Shown here: piece after piece, positions 43,876 to 52,399 of the stretch | Numbering within the stretch: position 1 is the stretch's first letter | How the letters are laid out: the number at the start of each line of letters is the position of its first letter | Assembly (NCBI GenBank): GCA_030615745.1 | Contig: JAUWYR010000001.1 | Span: 29,959 to 93,958, forward strand | Direction: 5' to 3' | Length of the DNA stretch: 64,000 bases | Source: Candidatus Zixiibacteriota bacterium | Lineage (GTDB): Bacteria; Zixibacteria; MSB-5A5; SM23-73-2 | Notes under the pieces: model-generated | Database searches by the model: none | Told to the model about the DNA's origin: nothing | Seen by the model: the letters and a program-made list of their open reading frames with translations, nothing else | Program-made: the position numbers and the translations under genes

Positions 43876-44820
43876 CTATTTGAAAACATTTTTTATCCAG
43901 CGTAAAAGAAAGAAATCCTTGTTTTTTTTTGCTTTTGCTACTATTATCTTTTCTTTTTCAAAAGAGGGCTTTTTAATTTCAGGGGTAGTCTTTTTTTTCT
44001 TTTCAATTTCTTCTTTTTGTTTTTTTATATCATCCTCTTGAATTTGAGTTTTTGCTTTAGGAGATACCTCCATTACTGCTACTTCCTGTTGCTTTTGTTT
44101 GTATTTCACTTCTTTCTTTTCTTCTGGCTTCTCAAATACTACCGGGGATAAGACTTTCCTTTTTTCCTCTAAGGTTTTTATCATCTTTTTTTCTTCAACA
44201 ACTTCTTGGTAGAGTTTTTCCTTCTTTTTTATCTCAGGTTTTCCTTTTGCTTTATCCAAAACCTGTTTGATTATACATTTTAGCGTATCAAATACACCCT
44301 CTCCTTTTATGGCAACAGCCTCGAAATAGGGTAATTTTCGAGGATTCAAAACATTTTCCAATTCCTCAATCTCGAATATCTCTAAAAGATCTCTTTTGTT
44401 ATATTGGAAGACCATTGGAAGGTTTTCTAACACATACCCATACTCATTCAGATTTTCTATCAAGTTATTCAGGCTTTCGATATTTTCATCCATCTTTGAT
44501 CTCTGTGAATCAGCCACGAAAACCAGCCCGTCTACTCCTCTTAAAACCAGCTTCCTTGTAGCATTGTAAAAGACCTGACCCGGAACAGTATAAAGTTGAA
44601 ATTTGGTAGAAAAACCGTGGATCTCACCTATGTTTAAAGGCAAAAAATCGAAATATAAAGTTCTATCAGTATCTGTTGCCAAAGAGATCAATTCTCCTTT
44701 GGAGGTATTTGGGATTTTTTTGTGCACATATTGTAGATTAGAGGTCTTGCCACTCATACCCGGTCCATAATAGATGATCTTACACGAGATCTCTTTAAAC
44801 GCGTAGTTTATCGATACCAT
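43876..44820 (-). CDS. mglA: MglA-type Ras-like GTPase with a ~120-aa Lys/Glu-rich C-terminal extension ending in an amphipathic helix
   Basis: MVSINYAFKEISCKIIYYGPGMSGKTSNLQYV...TDRTLYFDFLPL...LYTVPGQVFY...YNKRDL matches MglA motif for motif (P-loop, switch I Arg/Thr, PGQ, NKRD). Canonical MglA is about 195 aa; this ORF is 314 aa. Confidence 0.85.
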   Translation of the reverse strand: MVSINYAFKEISCKIIYYGPGMSGKTSNLQYVHKKIPNTSKGELISLATDTDRTLYFDFLPLNIGEIHGFSTKFQLYTVPGQVFYNATRKLVLRGVDGLVFVADSQRSKMDENIESLNNLIENLNEYGYVLENLPMVFQYNKRDLLEIFEIEELENVLNPRKLPYFEAVAIKGEGVFDTLKCIIKQVLDKAKGKPEIKKKEKLYQEVVEEKKMIKTLEEKRKVLSPVVFEKPEEKKEVKYKQKQQEVAVMEVSPKAKTQIQEDDIKKQKEEIEKKKKTTPEIKKPSFEKEKIIVAKAKKNKDFFLLRWIKNVFK

Positions 44821-44829
44821 TTTTTCTTC

Positions 44830-45177
44830 TTATAAGGATTCTTTAGCTTTTATCCTCTGAGCTGCATTTTTTATCTCCAATCTTACCAACCCGATGTTAA
44901 CCGTTGGCTCAGCAGTTACCACAATTATACCTATCCCAGCATCCGCCATAAAAATTTTTCCCTTCTCCGCCTCAATTGTCACTTGTTTGAGAGGAGAGCT
45001 TTTGAGTTTCTTTAAAGATTTTTCCACGGTTGAAGTTATCGAGGCTGCTATTGCCCCCACTGTCTCTTCATGGAAACGGGTATCGAGGTCAGCGGCAATG
45101 ATTATGCCATCTTCCCCTACAATAAGACTTCCCGTAACCCCTGTGGTCTTGTTAAGCTCCTCTAAGATTTGATACAT
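44830..45177 (-). CDS. Roadblock/LC7 domain protein (MglC-like paralogue)
   Basis: Tracked ORF trimmed to ATG 45177 (GAGGAGGAAAAAT RBS). GVTGSLIVGEDGIIIAADL...IFMADAGIGIIVVTAEPTVNIGLVRLEI. Confidence 0.7.
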   Translation of the reverse strand: MYQILEELNKTTGVTGSLIVGEDGIIIAADLDTRFHEETVGAIAASITSTVEKSLKKLKSSPLKQVTIEAEKGKIFMADAGIGIIVVTAEPTVNIGLVRLEIKNAAQRIKAKESL

Positions 45178-46099
45178 ATTTTTCCTCCTCGGGTAATAAA
45201 ATCTTTTGACCGTATCTTTGTTCAAGATATTTTTTAATGTTCTCTTGCGCTTTTGATATTCGGATATTCAAAAGCTCATCGGTATGACGATCAGCCAAAG
45301 TTAGAAGACAAAACTTTCCAATACTTGTAAGATTAATCCACAACTTATCTGATAAGATCTGTATTCTTTCTATTTTTTCTTCATTTAATCTTTTAAGTAG
45401 CTGAGTGTTGACCTCTCTGAAGGTCACTCCAAAAGGTGCGAGTTCATCCTCATCTAAACTTTGCGAAAGGCTTTTTGCCACAACTAATCCATCAGAGTCA
45501 ACAAGAATTACCCCAAAAACCCCAGGATACTCCTTTAAATAGTGGATCGCATCCTCGATAGAGACCTCCAAGGATATCTCCTTGCCTTTTTGGATAGGTT
45601 TTTCTTTCCCAACTTTTTTAGCTAAAGTTTTTTTGCTTTCCTTGTAGCTAACTTCACCTATCTGACCAAGAAAGCTCGGTTTTTGCCTTTTTTCCCTCCT
45701 GAAACTTTTAAGTGTATCTCCTAAGGAGTGTCTAACTATAAATGGGAGCAAAGATACCTGAAATATAAAAGCTGGAAAATAATTTAGGACTCCTAAACTA
45801 AAAGCTTTTCCTATCTCAATTGGAAACATAACGAAAAGGAAAAATCCAAACACAAGCCCCAAGGTTAATCTGAACAAAAATGTTGAAAAACTATAAAGAA
45901 CCAGTAAAGCGGAAGGAAGGGAAGGAAAAAGGAAAGATAAAGCTAAAAAATACCAAACAAGTTCAAAAAGAAAAATAAAAAAAGGGTTAAACTCAACTCT
46001 TACCCCGAAATTTTTTGGGAAAAAGACCAATGGAACAATAGCTAAAAAAAAGCCTAAAAGAATAAGCTGTCTTATCTCTTTAGTATGGGAGGGGATCAT
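45152..46099 (-). CDS. Polytopic membrane protein with a cytoplasmic C-terminal Roadblock/LC7-like domain
   Basis: 315 aa with about 4 TM helices. After a linker: AIHYLKEYPGVFGVILVDSDGLVVAKSL...KFCLLTLADRHTDELLNIRI. Confidence 0.6.
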   Translation of the reverse strand: MIPSHTKEIRQLILLGFFLAIVPLVFFPKNFGVRVEFNPFFIFLFELVWYFLALSFLFPSLPSALLVLYSFSTFLFRLTLGLVFGFFLFVMFPIEIGKAFSLGVLNYFPAFIFQVSLLPFIVRHSLGDTLKSFRREKRQKPSFLGQIGEVSYKESKKTLAKKVGKEKPIQKGKEISLEVSIEDAIHYLKEYPGVFGVILVDSDGLVVAKSLSQSLDEDELAPFGVTFREVNTQLLKRLNEEKIERIQILSDKLWINLTSIGKFCLLTLADRHTDELLNIRISKAQENIKKYLEQRYGQKILLPEEEKYVSNLRGA

Positions 46100-46102
46100 T
46101 TT

Positions 46103-46954
46103 CTACTCCTCATCTATTTTTTCTAAAAGCTTGTTAATTCGTATCCTCAGATATCCGAAATTTATCTTTTCTTTACATCTTAAAACCAAAAAATTTTTCT
46201 TAAGCTTTATTATCCATAATAAGAAATCTTCGGACTCAATTATAACCTGTGAGAGATTACCGAATTCAACTTTTGAAAGCTCTTTTTGTATGGAGGTAAA
46301 GATATAGGTTGAAGATGGACCAACTGCTTCATCTTCTTTTTCTGCGGAAGCATCAAGAGATTTTGACCTTCTTTGCGTGACAAGGTCATCCATTCCAACC
46401 ACTGAAGCATTCATTATATTTGGGAAAAGGATTAGTTCTTCCAAAGCAGAGGAGAAGGTGACTTTTTCCTCAGGCTTTTTACCTTTGTCAGCAATTGGCG
46501 GTGGTATAAATGAAACGGATTCTTTTTTTGCCTCTTTTAACTTCTCACCAGCTTCCTTTAGTAATTTTTTAACCAAAGAGCTCTGAGGATCTGTGGAATA
46601 GAGTTTTTTAAGAATAGATTCTGCTTTTTTGATTTCACCTTTTTTTAAAAGTATTTGAGACAATAAAAGTTCAATTGCTCTTGTCCTTCCATCAGCTTGA
46701 ATGGCTAACATAAGTTCCTTTTCTGCTTCAGAATATAATTTTTTATCGAAGTTTATCTTAGCCATAATCAGATGTGCTGGACCATAGTCATGATGTTTGG
46801 CTAATCCCCTCTGGCAAACAAAACTTGCTTTGTCCAAATCTCTCTTTCTCCTTAAAGCTTCAGATAAAGCTGCAAAAAGTTTAGAATCAGGGTCTTTTTC
46901 CAATATTTTTAGGCACTTAATTATTCTCTCATCCAAATCTTGTAGGTCTACCAT
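46103..46954 (-). CDS. TPR-repeat protein with a C-terminal Roadblock/LC7-like domain
   Basis: 283 aa. TPR-like helices in residues 1-140; the C-terminal pattern LILFPNIMNASVVGMDDLV...FLLWIIKLKKNFLVLRCKEKINFGYLRIRI. Confidence 0.55.
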   Translation of the reverse strand: MVDLQDLDERIIKCLKILEKDPDSKLFAALSEALRRKRDLDKASFVCQRGLAKHHDYGPAHLIMAKINFDKKLYSEAEKELMLAIQADGRTRAIELLLSQILLKKGEIKKAESILKKLYSTDPQSSLVKKLLKEAGEKLKEAKKESVSFIPPPIADKGKKPEEKVTFSSALEELILFPNIMNASVVGMDDLVTQRRSKSLDASAEKEDEAVGPSSTYIFTSIQKELSKVEFGNLSQVIIESEDFLLWIIKLKKNFLVLRCKEKINFGYLRIRINKLLEKIDEE

Positions 46955-47036
46955 ATCTTTTCCGAAAGTAAGGTTATTTTTAATTATATCGACAAAAAAT
47001 ACAAATTTTCAACTTTTACTTATCTTGATTTTTAGC

Positions 47037-47297
47037 TTAACTCAAAGCTTTTTTTATATATAAAAAACCTAAGGCTAAAAGAGACAACCCTCCGAGCTTC
47101 AAAAGCCCAACTAAAGTTTGACTTATTTGAGTAAAAAGGTCAAAAATAAAACCTAAGCTTAATAATCCAAAAGATATTGAAATCAAAAGCCAAGGAGAGG
47201 AGAGCTCCCCTCCTTTGACCAAAGAGTTTATTTTAAATGCGAGAAATAAACATCCCCAAACCACAATCACAATCAATACGTTAATCAAGGTGCTCAA
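47037..47297 (-). CDS. Small three-TM membrane protein
   Basis: 86 aa, hydrophobic, co-directional within the cluster. Confidence 0.4.
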   Translation of the reverse strand: MSTLINVLIVIVVWGCLFLAFKINSLVKGGELSSPWLLISISFGLLSLGFIFDLFTQISQTLVGLLKLGGLSLLALGFLYIKKALS

Positions 47298-47357
47298 AAA
47301 ACCCCCTAATCTTTAAAATTTCCTCATTGTTTTTCTTTTAGCTTTTTTCTAAAAAAT

Positions 47358-48542
47358 TTATTGAATTTCCCTTAATGTTCTATAAAAATCCTGGTCGAGA
47401 TTATATTTTTTTACCACATACTTATTTTGATCAAAGACAAGTGCTGTCTCTTTTTTTATTAAAAATATAGTTTTTTTTGTTATGTTTTTCCCTAAAAATG
47501 CTTCTACATTTTTCAGATGAGTTAAAAGCAATGCATTTAGCCCTTCTAAGACCTGATGTAATCTTGTTTCTTTTGGAATGGAGAAACAAGCTTTTAAAAA
47601 ATTCTTTCTGTTGAATATCCCATCGTGCATTAAATCAGCTAAGATAGGATATTGTGTCTTTTTAGAAATAAAGCCCTGGTTAAAAATCTTCTCTTTGCTT
47701 TTCCCTAATTTTCTTTCCAAGATATCCTCGATTAGAAGAAAAGAGGTTGAAAAGATTTTATAAGAATTCTCAAATAAAAGCTCCTCCTCTTTTTTCTTCT
47801 CAAGAACAGTTTTTTTCTTTTCACCGGTAAGAACAAGCTTATCCGTTAGAAGACGGTGTAACGATTTATAAGTAGCAAATTCACCTAAAGGGGTTAGCTC
47901 TACTATTTCTGGAAGTGTTCTTTCGCCATTAACCAACAAAAAAGTCTGCAACTCTTCTGAGAAAAACTCTATTTTATTCGAAATCACCTGTGCACTCAAA
48001 AAGAGAGGAAAGGGATTGACCTTCAAAGCTACATCATCTGGAGGCAGAAGTTTTTGCATCTGGGTCAACTCATCTATTCTTCTTACCCCCTCCATTATCA
48101 TGTTCATTGTATTCAATTCAGTTATCAGTTGATCTTTATCCGGAAGTCGTCCATCCAGAAATTCAAAATCTCCTTGGTTCCAGCTGAATATACTATATAC
48201 TATCTCCTCCGCCTGTAACTTAATTACGCCAACAAACTCAAGTTGTGTAAGAACTCCTAACTCCAACAATGTCTTTGTTATTTTTTTCTTCTGTGCTTTA
48301 TACAAAAACAAAGCCCTTTCAAAATCCTTTTGGGAGATTTTGCCCTTTTTTAAAAACAACTTACCCAAAAGCTCCTCCCACTTGTCTCCAGAGGAGGCGA
48401 AGACGATATTCCCCTCAACAAAATAAATCCTTTTTTGTTGAGTCTGTCTTTTCAACTGCAGGAGCCCGGTCTTTTTTCCAGTGAAAATAAGTTGCAAAAG
48501 ATCAGAAAAGGGAACAGTTTTTAAATTTCCAGTGAAGCTCAT
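47358..48542 (-). CDS. DUF4388 (PATAN-type) domain protein
   Basis: 394 aa. The N-terminus GNLKTVPFSDLLQLIFTGKKTGLLQLKR...IYFVEGNIVFASS...FSWNQGDFEF matches the DUF4388 pattern. Confidence 0.7.
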   Translation of the reverse strand: MSFTGNLKTVPFSDLLQLIFTGKKTGLLQLKRQTQQKRIYFVEGNIVFASSGDKWEELLGKLFLKKGKISQKDFERALFLYKAQKKKITKTLLELGVLTQLEFVGVIKLQAEEIVYSIFSWNQGDFEFLDGRLPDKDQLITELNTMNMIMEGVRRIDELTQMQKLLPPDDVALKVNPFPLFLSAQVISNKIEFFSEELQTFLLVNGERTLPEIVELTPLGEFATYKSLHRLLTDKLVLTGEKKKTVLEKKKEEELLFENSYKIFSTSFLLIEDILERKLGKSKEKIFNQGFISKKTQYPILADLMHDGIFNRKNFLKACFSIPKETRLHQVLEGLNALLLTHLKNVEAFLGKNITKKTIFLIKKETALVFDQNKYVVKKYNLDQDFYRTLREIQ

Positions 48543-48763
48543 TTTACCTAAACTTTATCTTTTAAATTTTCTCAGATAAAATCCACACCCACTATGCCTT
48601 AAAAAGGCGAAAAAATTTCTATACGTTTTCCTCACTTCTTAAAAGATTTTTCTTTTACCATCCACCTTTTTTTATCGGGACAATGATGTGAAATCTTTAC
48701 AAGACTTAAATTAAGGGGTATTTTACTTGTCGGAACGATCAAGAGATTAGAAAATAATCTTTT

Positions 48764-50371
48764 TTAAAAATTAAGCGTAAGTTTTAAGAAAAGATAAATT
48801 CCTAAAATAAATAGAGTTAAAAATCCAAATCTTTTTGTTTTTTGGTTTTTCCATCCAGCAAAAAAAGATAGTATAAAAAGGTAAAAAAAGATTAAAAATA
48901 AATAAGTAGGGGAGCTAACTTTAACTGTTGAATAAGGAAGATTGGAAAAGAAGCTGACTGATTTCAAAGTTAAACTTAAACAAAGCCAGTTAAATGCGGA
49001 AAATAATCCTGAAAGGGTGGAGCTTAGAAGGGCTACTATCACAGTGGTGCTTCCAACGATGACTGATAGACTCACCAAAGGGACCATAATCAAATTAGCC
49101 GAAAATGTATAGATGCTTATTTGATTAAAGTAATATGCGATTATGGGATAGGTTGAAAGTGTTGCTGTTAAAGAGACCAGTGAGGGCAAAACAACCCAGT
49201 TTTTTATAATCCCTTTGAATCTGTTAACTATTTGAGAAAATAGGCTATCCGGATTAACGATAAGAAGTATAATCCCAGCGGTGGCGGCATAAGAGAGCTG
49301 GAAACCAACATCAAAAAGGCTCAAAGGAGAGAATAATAATATTAAAAGGGCGGAGAAGGCTAAGATATTAATTAATTCTTTTTCTTTCTCCCAGAAAAAA
49401 GCTAAAAGAAAACAACTCGCCATAACAGATGCACGCACAACTGAGGGCTCGTTGTTGGTTATATAGGAGAAGATCACTACAGCTGGAATAGTTAGAATGT
49501 AGCTTGATTTTCGAGGAATCCTTAATAGGAGGAAAAAATAAAAACAGAAAAGCACCACTAATCCCACATTGGAACCAGATATAGCCAGGAGATGGAGAGT
49601 CCCGGTGTTGGTGAACATCTGATAGATTTCTTTGGGGATTCCCCTCCTTTCTCCCAAGACAAATCCCGAGAGTAGGGCATGATGTGGGTCTTTTAAATTT
49701 GAGCCGAATACTTTCAGAATAAAATACTTTACAGGAAGGACTATTTTAGAGACAAAGATACTTTTATTTTCCTGAAAAAGAATATTTATATATTTAGGGG
49801 ATCTTATGCTCATAAGAGCAAAAATATCCTTTCTCTCAAGATATTTTCTGTAATCGAATGCCTTCGGGTCTTGAGGAATAAATGGCTGGTACAAAAATCC
49901 TCTTACTCTGATGAAATCTCCATAGTTGAAAAGGTTGGTCTGCCTTCTTATCTTCAAAAGGATTTTGCCTGAAGTTAGGAGTGATTTTTCATCTAGTATG
50001 ATGCTTTTTGTCTCAACTGTAAGGAAAGTTTTGTCCTTTCGGATGTCTGGAGCTTTTATCAGATTCCCGCTAATTATAACTGACTTTTTTAGATTTGCGT
50101 ATGCATCAAGAGATAAGAAATTTTTGATATGGTTTGGAGGAAAAACCTTTGTTTTTAACTCATACTGGAAAAAACCAGCTACCACCAAAGTTGAGATTAT
50201 AACCAGACTGGATGCAGAATGTCTTTTGATAATAAGAAAAATAAGGCAGAGAAAAAATCCAAAGAGTAAAAGGATGAGAAGTAGAGTTAAAGATAAATCA
50301 AAGTGGTTACCCAAGACGATACCAAAAATATAAGCTATGCACACAAAAAGAGCTGGTCTTCTTTTTGCCAT
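48764..50371 (-). CDS. comEC: ComEC/Rec2-family DNA internalisation channel (DUF4131 + Competence domains; no metallo-beta-lactamase domain)
   Basis: 535 aa, polytopic, with LLAISGSNVG and the conserved core. Confidence 0.75.
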   Translation of the reverse strand: MAKRRPALFVCIAYIFGIVLGNHFDLSLTLLLILLLFGFFLCLIFLIIKRHSASSLVIISTLVVAGFFQYELKTKVFPPNHIKNFLSLDAYANLKKSVIISGNLIKAPDIRKDKTFLTVETKSIILDEKSLLTSGKILLKIRRQTNLFNYGDFIRVRGFLYQPFIPQDPKAFDYRKYLERKDIFALMSIRSPKYINILFQENKSIFVSKIVLPVKYFILKVFGSNLKDPHHALLSGFVLGERRGIPKEIYQMFTNTGTLHLLAISGSNVGLVVLFCFYFFLLLRIPRKSSYILTIPAVVIFSYITNNEPSVVRASVMASCFLLAFFWEKEKELINILAFSALLILLFSPLSLFDVGFQLSYAATAGIILLIVNPDSLFSQIVNRFKGIIKNWVVLPSLVSLTATLSTYPIIAYYFNQISIYTFSANLIMVPLVSLSVIVGSTTVIVALLSSTLSGLFSAFNWLCLSLTLKSVSFFSNLPYSTVKVSSPTYLFLIFFYLFILSFFAGWKNQKTKRFGFLTLFILGIYLFLKLTLNF

Positions 50372-50376
50372 TTAAC

Positions 50377-51945
50377 TTATTTCCCTTTTAAGCTCTTAAA
50401 GATATCTAAGACCTTTTTGAGCTCCTCAGCCTTAAAAACTAAGGAAGCTAAGATGTAAGATAAAAGGCCGCTCAAAAGCATTCCTGACAAAAGAAAAACT
50501 TTTTGTTGTAAACTCGCTATTTGCAAATCGAATTTAAGAAGAAATTGTGCAATAAATACAACTCCCCCCATAAAAAGGGAGGCAAGAAGGAATTTGAAAA
50601 AAGAACTTGTTAAATTTTTTCTTTCCAATGGACCAATTTTTTTGTCAATCATAAACAAAAGCAAAGACATATTAACCATTCCGGCTAAAGAGTTAGCTAA
50701 GGCTAAGCCTTTATATCCTAAAGGTCCCATTAAAATCAGATTCAAAATGATGTTTATGACTACAGATATGGCGGTTATTTTAACAGGTGTTTTAGCATCC
50801 CCTAAGGTATAAAAAATAGGTGCGGTCACCCTGACCACAGCAAATGCAAGAAGACCAAAAGCATAAAGGACTAAAGCATTTGAGGTAGCCTGGGTATCGA
50901 GATATGTGAATTTGCCATACTGGTAAATAACAGAGATGATAGGTTCAGCTCCTACAATCAAAAAAACAGATGAGGGAATCACCAAGAATAAAACCAGTTT
51001 TAAAGATGAACAGAGCGTTGAGACAACTTTTTTCATTTCCTTTTGAGCGACATATAAGGAGACAGCTGGCAGGGTTACAGTAGCAACTGCAACTCCGAAG
51101 ACCCCTAAGGGAAGGTGCATTAATCTGTAGCTATAATTGAGATAGGAGACGCTTCCTTGAGGAAGGAGTGAGGCTAAGTTTGTGGTTACGAAAATATTTA
51201 TCTGGGTTGAAGCAACGCCAAAGATGGCCGGGGTCATTAAAAGAAGGATTTTCTTTACCCCGGAATGATGGAGATCCAAAACGGGCTTATAAGTAAACCC
51301 ACGCTTTTTCACTTGCGGAATTTGAATTATAAGTTGCCCCAATCCACCTAAAAGTGCTCCAATTGCCATTCCGATTATAGGAGGGTTAAAAAAAGGGCAG
51401 ATAAAAAATCCGGAAAGTATCATCCCGGTATTAAAAAGGGTGGGTGCCAAAGCCGGTGTTGCAAAATGTCCAAATGAGTGTAAAATTCCCATTGTCACAG
51501 CTGCCAGAGAGACTAAAAGAAGAAAAGGGAACAGTATTTGTGCTAAAAGAGTGGTGAGCTCCAACTTGCCCGGAACCTCATCAAATCCGGGCGCTATCAA
51601 TTTAGCTAAAAAAGGTGATAAAAATATACCAATTATGATAATAAGAGACAAAACTATAAGGAGAAGGTTTATCACTAAATTAGCTAAATGAAATGCCTTC
51701 TCTTTCCCCTGATTAGTCATATGATTTGTGAAAACAGGGATAAAGGATGTAGCCATCACCCCTTCAGCGAAAAGCTCTCTTAAAAGATTAGGAATTCTGA
51801 AAGCGGCAACAAAAGCGTCAGTGTAAAGCCCTGCTCCAAAAAGGTAGGCGAATACCTGCTCCCTTACCAATCCGAATATCCGCGAAAGCATAATAGAGGA
51901 GCTTACTATCCCGGTCGATTTGACTATTTTATCCTGCTGACTCAT
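50377..51945 (-). CDS. murJ: Lipid II flippase MurJ
   Basis: 522 aa. N-terminus SSSIMLSRIFGLVREQVFAYLFGAG..DAF..AFRIPNLLRELFAEG. Confidence 0.9.
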   Translation of the reverse strand: MSQQDKIVKSTGIVSSSIMLSRIFGLVREQVFAYLFGAGLYTDAFVAAFRIPNLLRELFAEGVMATSFIPVFTNHMTNQGKEKAFHLANLVINLLLIVLSLIIIIGIFLSPFLAKLIAPGFDEVPGKLELTTLLAQILFPFLLLVSLAAVTMGILHSFGHFATPALAPTLFNTGMILSGFFICPFFNPPIIGMAIGALLGGLGQLIIQIPQVKKRGFTYKPVLDLHHSGVKKILLLMTPAIFGVASTQINIFVTTNLASLLPQGSVSYLNYSYRLMHLPLGVFGVAVATVTLPAVSLYVAQKEMKKVVSTLCSSLKLVLFLVIPSSVFLIVGAEPIISVIYQYGKFTYLDTQATSNALVLYAFGLLAFAVVRVTAPIFYTLGDAKTPVKITAISVVINIILNLILMGPLGYKGLALANSLAGMVNMSLLLFMIDKKIGPLERKNLTSSFFKFLLASLFMGGVVFIAQFLLKFDLQIASLQQKVFLLSGMLLSGLLSYILASLVFKAEELKKVLDIFKSLKGK

Positions 51946-52079
51946 TTGCGTTCAAAAAGCTCTGAGTAAGAAAACTTTTCTCTATACGTTATCCAGCAGA
52001 GAAAATCTTCCAACTTAAGAAAGCTTTTAGTAGTATATTTATTTTAAAGTTTTTATAGTTAAAATTAAAAAAACTACTA

Positions 52080-52108
52080 TTGACAAAAAAAGGATTTTGG
52101 CTTAAATT
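52080..52108 (+). promoter_or_regulatory. Possible rpsT promoter TTGACA, 17 nt, TAAATT.
   Basis: Read directly. Confidence 0.35.
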
Positions 52109-52135
52109 GCAAAAGTTAAGAAAAGGAGATAAAAT

Positions 52136-52396
52136 TTGCCAATTCATCTTTCAGCAAAGAAAAGATTAAAACAATCCCAAAAGGCTAAACTTCGAAATAA
52201 AGCTATAAAATCCAATCTTAAAAGTTTGATAAAAAAAGTAAAACGCTCAACTGATCCCAAGGAGGCTGAGTCTAATTTCAAAGCCATGCAAAGTCTTTTG
52301 GATAGAGCTACAAGATTTAAGATTATTCATAAGAACAAAGCCTCCAGGCAAAAGGAAAAATTAGCCAAACTGATTAACCAAAAATTCAAAACTTAA
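52136..52396 (+). CDS. rpsT: 30S ribosomal protein S20 (TTG start)
   Basis: 86 aa. PIHLSAKKRLKQSQKAKLRNKAIKS.... AAAGGAGAT RBS. Confidence 0.9.
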   Translation: MPIHLSAKKRLKQSQKAKLRNKAIKSNLKSLIKKVKRSTDPKEAESNFKAMQSLLDRATRFKIIHKNKASRQKEKLAKLINQKFKT

Positions 52397-52399
52397 GTT

